From: Carcharhinus amblyrhynchos
Taxonomy: Eukaryota
Direction of reading: 5' to 3'
Assembly: GCA_965287045.1 (NCBI GenBank)
Contig: OZ336873.1
Coordinates: forward strand, 26,040,001-26,104,000
Length of the DNA: 64,000 nucleotides
The position numbers and the translations under genes were made by a program. Positions within the stretch are counted from its first letter, which is position 1. Every line of letters begins with the position of its first letter. Shown here piece after piece: positions 12,910 to 27,060 of this stretch. The notes beneath the pieces are model-generated. The model made no database searches, was not told where the DNA came from, and was given only the letters and a program-made list of their open reading frames with translations.

Positions 12910-13181
12910 AAAGTTTATTATTACTACCACAAGTAGGCTTACATTAACACTGCAATGAAATTACTGGGAAAATCCCTTGGTCACCACATTCAGGCACCTG
13001 TTCAGGTACACTGAGGGAGAATTTAGCAAGGCCAATGCACGTAATTGGCACACCTTTCGGGTTGTGGGAGGAAACCCAAGCAGATACAGGGAGAACATGC
13101 AAACTCCACACAGACAGTGACCCAAGCTGCGAATTGAACCTGGGTCCCTGGTGCTGAGAGGCAGCAGTGCTAACCACCGTG
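12910..13181 (-). mobile_element. HE1-type V-SINE (tail type A)
   Basis: Same head, V-domain and tail as 4788-5065. Confidence 0.88.
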
Positions 13182-13759
13182 TTAGACCCGAAGTTGCATT
13201 ACAGGAGATTAACAACTGACCAAAACATAGAAATACAAATAATTTATATAGAGTTAAGTACTGAACTTCTCACACTCAAGAGACTGTATATATCCACGCA
13301 CATAGAACATTAAAAGATGTCAGTTTATTTTGGCACTTTAAAAACTGTAGCATGAGACCCATCATTAAAGTTATTGTGCTTGTACCAATCCTAACTCTTC
13401 AACCACAACCATAGGCCCCACCAAGTTTGGAGGCAGAGGGAAAGGGGCTGGTTGTTTTTTGGTTTAGCAAACCTGGAAGAGTTTCCACAGGTTCTGCTAA
13501 ATGTTACAGCCTCCCTTTAGCCAGATTAAAATCAAAATGGAAGAGTGAATTAATCGATCTATTTCCCCTATATCATTCCTTTCAGTGCAAATATTCAATT
13601 CCATTTTAAATGTCTATTATACATTAGTGGCAAAAAATTAATATTCTAACGTAAATGTCTCGAGTGATTTATCATCCAGTAAAAATAAACCTTCATTGTT
13701 TACTTTCTCTGCTCAGTAACAAAAAAAATGTTTGAGCTGATCATGGTTAAAAATTCCTG

Positions 13760-14125
13760 TGCGTGTTGAACATTCACTCACTCCCTCCACTGCCAATACA
13801 CAGTGGTGGTCGCGTGTACCATCTACAAGATGCGCTGTCAGAAGTCACCAAAATGCCTTCAACAGCACTTTCCAAATCTGCTACTTCTACCACCTCGAAT
13901 AACAAGGACAGTAGATGCATGGGAACTCCACCCTGTCCAAGTCACACACTGTCCTAACTTGGAACTATACCACCACCCTGGGTCTAAATCCTGGGACTCC
14001 TTTTCTCACAGCAGAGAGGTCTTACGCAGACACAGACTGCAGCAGTTTAAGAAGGCAGCCCACCACCACCTGGCCACAGGCATCAGAGATAGGCAAAAAA
14101 ACGATGGCAATGTCAGCGATGCTAA
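13760..14125 (+). mobile_element. LINE 3' fragment (CR1/L2 group; donor of the SINE tail)
   Basis: LNIHSL...VACTIYKMRC...SKSWDS...LQQFKKAAHHHL. Related copies at ~24420-24665 and ~35370-35815. Confidence 0.8.
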
Positions 14126-14244
14126 AAGTGATCAGGGCATTCTAAAGATGATCAGGTGAGAGTTTCTCTAGTAGTAGAAACAGGTTACTTAAATGACTTC
14201 AATTGAAATGTTAAGTGCCACAAATGCATATAGTTTATCTAAAT

Positions 14245-15343
14245 GGTTGTCAAATAGGAGGCAGAGAGTGGGGGTCAACGGGTGCTATTCGGATTGGCGG
14301 ATGGTGACTAGTGGAGTGCCCCAGGGGTCGGTGCTGGGGCCTCAGCTTTTTACCATTTATATAGATGATCTGGAGGAGGGAACCGAGTGTAGGGTGTCAA
14401 AATTTGCTGATGACACCAAGATTGGGGGAACGGCAAATTGTGCGGAGGGTGTGGAGAGTCTGCAGAAGGATCTAGATAGGCTGGGCGAATGGGCCAGGAA
14501 ATGGCAAATGGAATTTAATGTTGGCAAGTGTGAGGTGGTCCACTTTGGTAGGAAGAATGGTAGGAAGGACTATTACTTATGGGGTGAAAAACTGCAGCAG
14601 GCGACGGTGCAGAGGGACCTCGGGGTCCTTGTGCATGAGTCGCAAAAACCCAGCTTGCAGGTGCAGCAGGTGGTCAGGAAGGCGAATGGGATGCTGGCCT
14701 CCATAGCGAGGGGGATTGAATATAAAAGTAGGGATGTCTTGCTGCAGCTGTATAGGGCATTGGTGAGACCGCAGCTGGAGTACTGTGTGCAGTTTTGGGC
14801 ACCGCACCTGCGCAAAGATATTTTGGCCTTGGAGGGAGTGCAGAGGAGGTTTACTAGGCTGATACCGGAGTTGAGGGGGTTGAGCTATGAGGAGAGGCTG
14901 AATAAACTGGGCTTGTACTCGTTAGAGTTTAGAAGAATGAGGGAAGATCTCATTGAGACTTATAAGATGATGAATGGGATGGATAGGATAGAGGTGGAGA
15001 GACTCTTCCCGCTCAAAAAAGACAGTAGGACTAGGGGGCACAGCCTCAAGATAAAAGGGGGGCGGTTTAGAACGGAGTTGAGGAGGAACTTCTTCACTCA
15101 AAGGGTGGTGAGTCTCTGGAATTCTCTGCCCGTTGAAGTGGTGGAGGCTGCCTCGCTAAATATTTTTAAGACGCGGGTTGATGGGTTTTTGATAAGAGAG
15201 GGGATTAAGGGTTATGGGGAGAAAGCGGGAAAGTGGAACTGAGCAGCGACAGATCAGCCATGATCTTATTGAATGGCGGGGCAGGCTCGAAGGGCTGGAT
15301 GGCCTACTCCTGCTCCTATTTCTTATGTTCTTATGTTCTTATG
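14245..15343 (+). mobile_element. Young 5'-truncated CR1 LINE, uninterrupted ORF2 C-terminus (RT)
   Basis: SGVPQGSVLGPQLFTIYIDDL...KFADDTK RT motifs, open to the stop at 15242. 3' (TTCTTATG)3; flanked by TAAAT at 14240-14244 and 15344-15348 (candidate TSD). Confidence 0.96.
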
Positions 15344-15974
15344 TAAATAACTGGGTAAGAACAGTTGATTGGCATAAAACCCATCTGGCCTACGTATGAC
15401 TCCAGATCCACAGTAATGTGGTTGACTTTTAACTTCTCTCAGAGATGGGCAATAAATGCAAATCCAGCAAGCAATGTCCATATCCCTTGGACAAATAAAA
15501 GAAGGTGAGAATATAGTCAGTGCAAGTAGTTCTACAAAGCTGGACAACAAAGGAGAGTTGATGTAACTGACACATCAAAGACTGTAGAAGGATTGCAAAA
15601 GTCAAGGAGGGTGGATATCAGGGAATATCGTTCAAGATTTGTTAGGGCTGTTACGGTATTGGACTATGTTCAATTGGTTCCAACTTTCCTTAATCCTTTG
15701 AAGGAGGTAAATAGTGATAAGCTGGTATCAGATACTTTGCAGAAAAGCAAAATACTACTGTGGCTTGAAATATGAAATAAAAACAGAAAATGCTTGAAAT
15801 ACAGAGCAGATTAAGCAGCATTTGTGGAGACAACATATATTGGTTTGGCTCTTTCCAAGTTCAGAACGTTTACTTGTTTTTGATGCATTTATTTTACAGT
15901 TGGAAATTAAACCATAGTCTTACAAATACAATTACGTACCACAGTATAATGGGTTAAAGAGAAAAGAACATGTA

Positions 15975-16305
15975 ATTTACAGCCACAATTTGCACAGCCA
16001 CATGTTGTGCCAAAGTGCTTTACAGCTAATATAATACTTTTTGGAAATAGTTGCTGCTGTAATGCAGCCAATATGGCAGCCGATTTGTGTACAGTAAGCT
16101 TCTGAATAATGGAATAATAAATCAGATGAACAGTTTTTGTGATGCTGAATAAAGAGTCTTTTACAGCCAGCAGAGAGGGAAAACAGGCTTCTCACACAGT
16201 ACCACACCACAGTACAAGCTTTATTTTGAAGTCCCACTCCAGGAGTCGGATTAAATGGACCAGCTCTCTGATTCAGAGGTGAAAAAGCTATCACTGAGCC
16301 ATGGC
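15975..16305 (-). mobile_element. SacSINE1/Deu-SINE-like element
   Basis: Minus head AGCCATGGCTCAGTGATAGC...CTCTGAATCAGAG, body ...AAATCGGCTGCCATATT...AGCTGTAAAGCACTTTGG. Confidence 0.7.
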
Positions 16306-16529
16306 TAAAACTCATACAGAACCACACAAATTTCCAAACAGAAAAAACGTGCATCAGCCATCTAAATACATGTTAAATGGAATTCAGAATTAGAAGTCTA
16401 AACTACATAAATTTAAAGTGAGAACAACCAGCCCTGAAGCAACTCTTTCTCTCAATAAAAGCCCAACAACAGGTGGTTGCAGCAGGTTTGCAAGAGGGAG
16501 CCAGTGGACGAAGGCAATCCCTCGATATT

Positions 16530-17500
16530 GAAGTAAAGAGAGAAAATGATTCATCAGAGCAATAACACAGAAGTCTTGAGGGACGCCAAGCCAGAGGAGG
16601 CTTTTGAGATAAAGGGGAAAGGCCAAAGAAGGATTTGAACACTAGGATGAGAATTTGAAAACATACTCTTAGTTCGAAGCACGATGAGTGACCTTGACGG
16701 CATAGATCATGTGCAAGCTGATACGCGCAGCTAGGCTTGGACACATTCAGTTTGCTGCAGAATGGAGCATGGGAGGCAGCCATGAGGTCATTGGAAGGAT
16801 TGAGTCAGGAAATGACAAAAGTATAGGTGAGAGATTCAACAGTTGATCTACTGCATCTTGGACAGTTATAAACAAGGTAGGAGAAGGCAATCTTAGCAAT
16901 GGAAACAGGGAATGAAGCTATGGGAAAAATGGGCATGAATTTAGAAGGCAGCAACCCTGTTCAAGGACTCGGAAGTGAAGAAGGTTGAAAAAGCTAACTT
17001 TAGGACAGATGGTTTTTTTTAAATGAAGGGGTGATAATGGCAAACTATGATTATATCTGAAGCAGATATAATCATAGATGATGGAAAAATGTAAGGGTTT
17101 AGAAACCAGTTGCTTTGTCACCAGTTTAATAGGGAAAGGGTTAAAAGAGCAAGAGGGAGGGGAGCTCATAGGCAACAGGCGCTCAGAGCAGACGTAAAAG
17201 GAGATAGGAATGAAAATAGAGGGGATGCAGTTTGGAAGCTATGGTAGTGGGGTGGAGAGAATTTTGCTTGGTGGGCAAGGGAAGGTGGCAGAAGCAGCAA
17301 AATGGAAAAAGAAGCCTCTAAGCGCCTCATACTTGTTGTTAAAGACAAGGGTGGCTGGGGCATGGGAAAGAAATTAAGGAGCTAATAGTGGAGAAAACAA
17401 GCCAAAGGTTATCTTGCATTCCAGGATGTTTAGCATAAGAGAGTAGAGCTTGATAATCCTTAATGTGGTCCCAGGAGTTCTGCTGATAACTGTCTAAATA
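16530..17500 (-). mobile_element. Decayed L2 LINE
   Basis: Minus remnant FQILILVFKSFFGLSP, upstream of the L2 3' region. Confidence 0.7.
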
Positions 17501-18149
17501 TATGTTTTCTCATCATGTAGGTTTTACAAAGTCATATTTAATCTAGATTTACAGAAAAATGAATATCCACCTGTTGCTTATTTAAACAACACATTCTAAA
17601 TACGAAAGAAACCTAATGTGCTATTAGCAGTTTCATCTTACTTTTGAGCAAATGAATCGTTCAAGGCAATAGTCAAGACTTCTCACTTTAAACTTCTTCA
17701 AAATCCATATATCCCATCAGTCACCAATAGAGTTATTCAAAGAACATGACATGCTTTCAGTATAATAGTGCAAAATCAATACATTGGTATTTATCTGCAT
17801 TAAACTCAGCCAACAACTATGATTTAATCTCATAAAATGCCACTGAATACCATTTTTTGATTTAATTTTACTCAGATTGCTATGTAAATATTAAACCTAT
17901 CTGCTCCACTCCCAACATATGCAATGTTAGCATAATCTCTGTAATGAAGTGAATCCATTCTGCTCTTCTGTGAACCCTGGCCTAAAGGAAGGCATGCTCA
18001 ATGCCTCGGAGCTGATGCCTCGCAATTTATTTTTCAGTCAGACAGATTACAACACAGGAACTAAAATTTACCATACCAATAATAACAAATATGATTATAT
18101 CAAACATTACAACACTGTGTTAATCAGTACGAGTTATTTCACCGTCTCA

Positions 18150-19050
18150 AAATTAAAATCCTGCAGCTAAGAATAAACATGTCAAATTCCACGTCTTGCT
18201 CTACTTCATCACACCACTCTGGATCCCTCCACTGCCTCAGATTGGTTATACCACTTACCTGGCATCCAGTACTGAATGAGAAGAAAAACACCAACAAAAT
18301 ACTAGCAAGCCCAAATCCATTCTCATTGGCCCATACCGACATTTCATTGTCACCCAGGAAGACATTAGAATTGGTCACTATCTGAGGCTGAACCAGACAA
18401 TATGCCATTTTGGATCTGTGCCCCGTATCTAATCCATAAACAAGACTGCTTTGTGACGCAATAATCACCAGTCTCAACCCATCTGTTGCCAAAACCCTTG
18501 CCCATGCTTTTATTACTTCCAGACTTGATGCTTAACACTCTCCTTGCTGGTTTTCCATCTTCCACCCTCTATAGATTTGAGCTTATCCAAAACTGTGCTG
18601 CCCATACCCTGACTCTGAATTTTCCCTGTCCCGTTCTCTCATCATCCCTTTGCTTGCTAAATTGTATTGGCTGATGGTCTAGTAATGCTTCAAATTTTAA
18701 AACCATCATCCTCATTCTTTAAATTTTCCATTGCCCTACACCACCTTTTATCTATAACCTACTTCAGTCCTGCAACTTTCTAAGCGGTCTCCAATCCTCC
18801 AGTTATGGTCTCTCATGCATCTCTGGTTTTCTTTGCCCCTCTATTGGTGGCCATGCCTTCACTTACCAAAACTCACTCCAGATTTGCCTGCAGAAACTCT
18901 CCATCACTCTCTTCCTTTAAGACACTCCTTAAAACTCTCTCTTCGATCAAGTCTTTGATCACCTGTTCCAAAAACTCACGTAGCTCAAAATTTTGCCTGA
19001 TGATGCTTCACAGGAGCATTTTGAGATGTTTAATCTCAAAAGGTTGCACA
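18150..19050 (+). mobile_element. Decayed L2 LINE
   Basis: TLAHAFITSRLD..NTLLAGFPSSTLYRFELIQNCAA...SLSSFKTLLKT, the L2 ORF2 C-terminus. Confidence 0.85.
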
Positions 19051-21399
19051 AAAAAAATTTTATTAAGACTTAGTTTATTCACACATAACAATAGCATTTG
19101 TGCGCTTCAACGTCTGATACCAATAAATACAGCCGAGTAATGATAAAAACGGAAGTCTACAGAAATGCAAGTGACTTGGAATGTCGCATTGGAACCCAAA
19201 GCCTCGCTCAAAATTTTGCTAAAGATCTGCAGCTCACGGCTGAAAGCCATGTCATTCAGCTGATCTTTTCTCATCCATCCAAAAGGCGGCAATTAGAGTC
19301 TGAAAGTACAATAATGTGAATGTATGGGCGTGGCAAATAAGGTGTCCCCAAATCTCAAAGTTAGTCAGTCACCTCCATACTGTCGCCTGTTCAAATTGCC
19401 AGTGCTTTGTTATTAAATGCTAAATATATTATATCCTTTCTTCTGTTGCACCATTTGGTTCACCTTTTCAGAATTCCAATTGAACCATAAAAGTAGCTTT
19501 TAAGTGGTTAAGAGAAGGGAATGCATGACAATAGCAGTATGGTTTTGATTTTCAATTCATTCACCCTATTAGTACTACAGTTACACATTACCTTTTTGGC
19601 TGAAGCAGTCATTTCATCACACTATTGGTACAATGTGCTCTGTAAAAATAACTCATTCATTTGCTTCTCTTACATCTAGACTGGTAGCCACTTGGAATAA
19701 CATTAGCACCAGCACTTTTGGCTTTTCTCCGGGGTATCAGAAATATCCAAAACATTTTACCACGAAAGCTGTCATATATCAGCTCATGTTGAATGTCTAA
19801 TCATGGGATGGATTCCTGCCAAGTTTCAACTGCCCCACAAGATCAGGTGCAAAATCAGTTTCTGAATGGGAGGCAAATTCTTATCGTAAATATGAGGAGA
19901 CAATTTCAAAAGGAGAAAAATGAATAAATCCAAGTTTTGTAGTTTAAACAACAAATAAATAAGCTGCATATTTTTCCAAGAAACTGGCAAGTTAACTTGA
20001 TCTTCTCAGGATTCAGAAAATTTTTTGTACATTCATGAACTTTGTTACTTCAATAATTTGTTGCCTTTAGCTCAAGTGACTGTAGGCATATATATTTACA
20101 GCAAAAGAACAAAACAGCTGGTAATCTGTACATAGCACACAACAATATCCATGAATAAAGAGGCTCCAAGCAAGAGAAGGTAATTTTTCTAATTCTGTTA
20201 ATTTCAGCTCGACTGCAATTAAAAGAATTCCTGATAATATTCTGAAACAATTGGTCGCTGATAAAGAGCCATCCCATGTAAATGAAATAGCAATAGGCTC
20301 ATCGCTCCTTGCGCAGCTTCACAGCTCCGTGTTTCCCAGATAAAATTAAGCCAGCACTTAAGACTGATTTGACTAGTGGCATCATTTCTGCGGATTGCTG
20401 GAAGCCTTGCTTGGTTATCAAGTCGAACAGGCACGGCCAAGCAGTCTGATCTTTCTATTCTTCATTAAGCAAATACGCAGGAATGGAAATGAAAACATAA
20501 TAGCTATTTGATTTCCATCAAGATATTTTGCATATTGGTTCAGGACTGATAGTGGAATTTCATCAACTCTTTTCATGCTTTAAAAAAAATTGCATCACTG
20601 AGCTGAGGCGCCTGCAGATTTCTTTACACACAAGATGGAGTTTTTTTTGCAAAAAGGACAACTTAATGATAAAATGTCCTTTCTAGAATACCTCCCAAAA
20701 ACTCATCATTAAGGTCAATGTAATCATAATCCAAAAATAAAGTATTTTAAGGATCATCAATGGAATTAGTGAAAATGAACAATTCCGTAAGAAATTGAAA
20801 TATTTTTAAAGGAAACATGGGGAAAAATGTGTTCATGGCCAATTGTAAAACTCTTTTTAAAAAGCAGGTCATTCAAGCACAAGAATTATGACTTCTAGAC
20901 AAAAACGATGCGCAGTTCATTACCCTCCAGAAAACTGAGTTCAGCAAAATCAAAACTTGCAAAATACTTAAAATAAAAGCACGAGCCTAGTCTGAAAGTC
21001 AAATAGTTGCCATTTGTCAAGTTTATACAGCAGGAAAGGCAAAAAAAATTTGTAAAGAGGTCACATCTGTGACACAGTGGTTCCAATTCAGACATGCAAT
21101 TATACAGTCTCCTTCGACAGTCTGATTATCAAACTCACGTTAATAAAGAGAAACCACAAACAAAAAGGTTAATACTGGGCTACTGAGGAAGGCCACTTGA
21201 TTCCTTCTTTCATACTAACTCAACACCACCACATCATAATCTCAAACTAGGTCTTGGAATGATTGCAGAAATTTTGCCTCCCATTCAGAGACTGATTTTG
21301 TACCTGATCTTGTGGGATATTTTGAACTTGGCAGGAAGCATCCCATGATTAAACATGCAACATGAGTTTTCGAATCAAGGTGATTAGGTAGCAATGCTA

Positions 21400-23250
21400 A
21401 TAATTGTCAAGAGGGCGGGCAGGGTAGGGTAGATGGAGACGATGTCTGCTAGAGGACCTAGCCAGAAGGGGCATAGATCAAACATCAAAAATGAGACAAT
21501 TACGACTGAATGTGAGAGAAATGTGTTTACAATGAATTGTCTACCACTGGAATGCACTATTAAAATTAGTATGGAAGTGCAGACCATGGCAGCATTTTGA
21601 AGGTTAGGCAGATGGTTGAAGGCAGCAGGGATGAAGATACAGGGAACAGACCAGTGACCACATGGAGGATAAATAACACGTATTGTTCAAGCCGAACTCC
21701 CCTATTATGAAATTGCAGTTTCCGTCTTGCTGCCCAGATGACTATCCCAAGACATTTTTGCTGTGGAAAAAGTGCTGCCTGAAGCCATGGGATTAAAAGG
21801 GGAGGTGGCAGTTGATAGAAAATCAACTGAGACTGTAAACAGTTATTAGTGGTAAACTGCTGTTCCATGACTGAGGGGAATCCATGGTGTCTTCCACTGA
21901 TACACTGCTCTCTCGATACACAATGACCCGCACTTGAGCACAGGGTCATACTTTACAAGTTCACAGCTGACTCAAAGCCGGAAAATGTACTAGACAATGA
22001 TGATAATTCCATCAGCCTTATGGAGGAACTAAGCAGAGCAGTGAAATGGGCAGCTACATAGCAAATTAAATTTGATGCAAAGAGATGTGAAGTGATGGAT
22101 TTGGGGAAGGAAGAGAGACAACATAAAAAATGCAAGTTTTCTTTAAAAAGGGGATGCAGGAACAAAGAGTAGTCCACAGCCAGAAATCTTACAAAGTTTT
22201 GTTTTTTAAACAAGCATATGGGAAAATATAAAGACAATGAGTTTGTGGTAAATCTTTATAAATACAGGAAACAGATTCAATAATAATCTTCAAAAAATAA
22301 TTTGACATATCAAAAGGTGAAATTTTCAGAGCCTTAGGGAAGTAGGGCAGTGAGATGAGCTGGACAGCTCTTTCAAAGTGTGGATACAGACACAATGGGC
22401 TGAATAGTCTCCTTCAATGCCGTATATTTCAATGTTGGAGTCCTGCGCTTGCCTTTTCCTCATTTTATACTGAAATATGTTGCCCTGTTACCACAGTTAA
22501 AATGGAAGTATTTCTTCAGATTTGCCTATTCTAATGATGTATTTTGTACAGCTTTATAAAATCCCCTTTCACAAATTGTCTTTCAAGAATTAAAATATTT
22601 CAGCCCTAAATGTTGACAAACCCCCTGGACCAGGATCGCCTGCATCCTAGGGTTTTAAAATAAGTGGCTGCAGAGATAGTACAGGTTTTGGTCATAATCT
22701 TCCAAAATGCTTGAGATTCTGAAAGGGTCCTAATGGATTGGAAAAAAGATAACATAACACCTTTATTCAAGAAAGGAGGGAGACAGAAAGCAAGAAACTA
22801 CAGGCCAGTTAGCCTAACATCCATCGGAGGGAAATTGCTAGACCTCCATTATTAAGGGGGCGACAGCAGGACAAGTTGTCAAGGGGAGGTAGACAGTCTG
22901 CAAAGGAATACAGACATATAAAGTGAATGGACAATAATTTGGCAGATGGGGTACAATGTGGGAAAATGTAAACTTGTTCACATTAGCAGAAAGAACAGTA
23001 TGTTATTTAAATGGAGATTGCAGATCTCTAAAGTGCAGAGGAATCTGGGCATCCTTGCACAATGATCATAAAAACTAAGGATGCAGACACAGCAAGTGAT
23101 TATGAAGGCAAATGGAATGTTAGCATTTATTGCAAGGGGAATGGAATATAAAAATGTTTAAGTTTATTTATTAGTGTCACAAATAGACGTAAATAAACAC
23201 TGCAATGAAATTACTGTGAAAAAGTGGGAAGCTTTATTGCAGCAGTACAG
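21400..23250 (+). mobile_element. Cluster of decayed CR1 fragments, with an HE1 tail-A fragment at ~23160-23220 (minus)
   Basis: CR1 motifs (PGPGSPAS/TPLFKKGGRQKARNYRPVSLTS; ANGMLAFIARGMEYK) in broken frames. Confidence 0.75.
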
Positions 23251-23599
23251 GATCTTCAGAGATCACAGTTTCAGCCTGACATTGTCAGAATTGTATTCTA
23301 ACAATATGGCAATGCTGCTTGAACTTTTTCAGCCTCATTGATCGCATTTTGTCAGTTCAACTATGTTCATTTAATAATTCTTCATACGTAGTACTTTATT
23401 CCATTCCTTTACTTATTGTTCATATTGAATTCCATTTGTCACAGTTCTCTGTGCTTGGATAACTATCATGGTTCCATGGATACAGAGTCTGACTTAATTG
23501 CTCACCTTTTGGATTGTGAGAAAATTACTTTCCATTTCTGGTTACTAAGGAGTCCTAGAACCAAGTTGCAGTTTCCCGACTTTGTATTTCACCTGGAAT

Positions 23600-23870
23600 A
23601 CGAAGTTAGTCTCAGTGACGGTGACTACGAAACTATAATCAATTGTTGTAAAGACCCACCTGGCTCACTAATGTCCTTCAGGGAAGGAAGGAAATTGGCC
23701 ATCCTTACCCGGTCTGGCCTACGAGTGACAATGGACTCTCAATAATGTGGTTAACTCTTAACTGTTCTCCGAAATGGCCCTAACAAGCCACTCAATCTAA
23801 GAGGCGATAAGGGATAAGCTACTAATACTGGCATTGCCAATGACACCCACATACCAGAGATATTTGAAAA
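23600..23870 (+). mobile_element. SINE, same family as 1097-1420
   Basis: AGGGAAGGAA...CCTTACCCGGTCTGGCCTAC...ATGTGGTTAACTCTTAACTG...GCCAATGACACCCACAT. Confidence 0.75.
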
Positions 23871-26169
23871 AAGGTACCTAAACCATTGCCCACTTTTAGC
23901 CAATTTTTGTGCCCTTGCAGGTCTCACCATTAACAGCCACTGATTTGAGTTTCTGTAACAATACTAAAGCAAAACCATGTGAAAACCTTTCTGGAATTCC
24001 AAGTACATTATGTAGAGGATTCCCTACTGCCAGCTTGGAGTAACACTTCAGTTTACTTCAGGAAAGTTAAGGAAATTGATCAGACATGATCATCCTCTTC
24101 TAAAATGATGCCAATGACCAATTACTAGATTCCTTTCCATAATGGAATATTATTATCCTGGATAACAATAAAACAAGTAGTACAACTAAAGCACACAGTT
24201 TCATTTAGTAATGGACATATTTCTTTTTCTCTCCTCGTCTCCATCTCCGAGGGAGTCTTCATGGAATCCTACTGATAAGGAAGAGATATAAGAAGTCAAT
24301 GCAAAAATATTGGACTTCTAATCTTTCAACCTTTTAACCCAGTGGGAACAAAGCTACTACTCATATGGAGGACAAGTACTAACTCAGGTGGCTGTGCCAA
24401 ATGCACTTATAATAGTGTGTCTTGGTTGCCACATAACATCCTGACCTGGAACCACTGTCTTGACCCTTCATTGTTGTTGGGTCAAAATCCTAGAAATCCC
24501 TCCCTAATAGAACTGTGAATGTACTTACACTTTAACTTACATGTACTTACATGGATCACTGCAGCTCAAGAGGGCAGCTCACCATCACCCTCTCAAGGGC
24601 AATTAAGGATGGGCAATAAGAATGCTGGCCTAGCCAGCCACACACTCACGTCATGAAAAAAAATGAAGAAAGCTTCTTTATGCTGTTGGTTAAAGCCAGG
24701 CTCGCAGCAACGTTTAAAAGAACTCTCCTTAAAAGTTATACAATGAAAAAAGACAGGGCTGATTTCCAAAACTGAGTCAAAAAGGAGACTTATTCAAAAT
24801 ATTCTATCAGGTTTCAATTTCAAAGCAGAGGAACGAGGGGTGAAATATCAGCAAGTCAGGAACTTCTCTATAACAAAGCAATTCTGTAAAACAAACTTCA
24901 AATAACCTATCTTCAAGAACAATGAAACAATACCATCATTTAGTACTTCTACTGGAAATGCAGTTTTGTTGCAAAACTGCCACACAATTAAAGCAAGTGA
25001 AAAGAGAACGTGCAATTACTTTGATTGAATTTTTGGAAGAGGTTCCACTTCTGTCCCCTTCTCTAATATTGGCTTCATGTTTTATATCAGCCAAGATCAA
25101 ACCCATAGCCATGGGAAAGTCCATGTCAAAAGTTAGCTCATTTTTTCAGTATATAATGACCTGTGTTCTTCTTCATACCATCTTATTGCTGATTCTAGAA
25201 AGGCTATATCGGTTCAAAATTGTAAATGCTGGAATACTAATAGATGTGATTCATATGAGCTTATATAAAGGTAGCCTCAGAATGGTTACTACTGTAGTTT
25301 TATTCCAGTTTAAGAAGCTTTTTTAATATGTAAATTGACATATCTATGAAAAAAGCTTTAAATGCAAAAGCAGGGGAGTGATCAATAAGATTAAGACACA
25401 TGGGTCAAACTGAGATAAAACTTTAAAATAGCAGAGATAAGCACGTTTGACCTAGTCAGATAGCTGTCTTAAATGTATTTACTTTTTTTGAGTGTACTGT
25501 GTATTAGTAAAGAGATTGTATTTGCAGCAATTTAAAAATAAAAGTTATCATCTATGCACAAACAAGTTATAGATTTCACTAATATAAGTCACATAGATAT
25601 ACTGAAACTTAGTCAAGTCGAATCCAGCAATCTACAAAACTCAAGGTAAATGACCATGTTTTGTTTGTTAGCTGCCATTGATGTTATAAATAACTTGTGT
25701 CCAATTGAACATAGTACACATAATGGTTCTGGTGTTTTTTTAATTTAAATTGACACAAAAAAAGCTGTACTATATACAGCATGCTGCAGATAATCAGATC
25801 TGAGTTGGACCATGATGCATGCGTTGACTTTCAACGAAGGAGGACTGCAATGACAGGCACTGACTTTCATCAAAGAAACCAAAAAAACATAAATCACAGC
25901 TATAGCAAGACAGACAAATACATTTGATCATCCCTAGGTAAAATGTGCACATCAACCATTATTTAAAAACATCCTTGATCACTGAAAGAAAAAGTATACC
26001 AACTCTAAGGTCAACAAATGGGTGGGGACAACAACTTACCTTGCTTCCCACTTTGCAACTTAAAACTCAAGTTTCATGAAGAAAAGTAGCCATTGTAAAA
26101 AAAAGTTCAACGCAACTCTATGTAGTAAAACTTGTGTCCAATCCCAGGACTAACAATAACTCATTCATG

Positions 26170-27060
26170 CATCTTATAAAGATGAAAATATGATGGAGAC
26201 GTTATTGGAAGTGAAGCTCTAGATCAAATAGGGCTCTAAGGTTATAACCAGTCTGGTTCAGCCAAAGGCTGAGGGAAAAGGGGAAGCAGCATCCATAATA
26301 AAGATGCTGGGGCTGAGGATCAGAGCTTCATTCTATGGCAATTTATCTGAAAGTGGGCCCTGGACAAGTAGTCTGAATGCAGAGGCAGTAGAGAGGTAGA
26401 GTTGGGCTTCATGTGTGCTTGGCCTGATGTTTGCAGATGATGGCAGCAATAGAGAGCCTGTAGCTTAGGGAGTCAACAATTAACATTTGGCAGGTTTGGA
26501 AACAAGTGTATAGGAAGTGCAAGTGAGCCCATCAAAAAGCAGCTCTGGCTGTAACTGGATTGGTAAGAGTAGAAGTAAGTAAAAGTAGTTCCATCAAGAT
26601 TGGTAGAGGAGTGGCAATGGAGGGGATGCTTAGGTAACGAAGATAATACAAAGAGATTCTGCAAAGTTACAGATATAGAGTACCTTTTGTGACTTTCCCC
26701 AAGAACGATTTTAATGCTCTAGCAGGGATGAAAACCTATTGGAAAGATTGAAATAGGGAGGTGGAGGAAGGATGTGTATAGATGTAGTAAGTGACAATAT
26801 ATTCAAGAACACGAGAGAAGGGTGGTTGTGATGCGTTCAAGAGGACTCAAAAGTGGAGGTTTTGAGAATCGGCAGGGGCGGGGGGGTGATGATAATGTCA
26901 GTTTTGAAACGAGTGGGAGAGGGTCTATCGAGAGGGAACCATTCATCAGGAAGGGACGTCGGAGGATGAGCAGTTTACTGGAAGTAAAGGGAGCTACTGG
27001 GCTAAAGAGATTGGAATCATGAACGATAAGCTTAGTATGTGGGTAGATGAAAGAAAAACA
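26170..27060 (-). mobile_element. Decayed L2 LINE
   Basis: Purine-rich plus strand whose reverse complement resembles the L2 RT region. Strongly degraded. Confidence 0.55.

Noticed and set aside
14193-15242. 349-aa reverse-transcriptase gene as a host or novel RT system
   Set aside because: It is a 5'-truncated CR1 ORF2 whose start codon comes from flanking DNA, and it has a standard CR1 tail. The same applies to 60634-61404.
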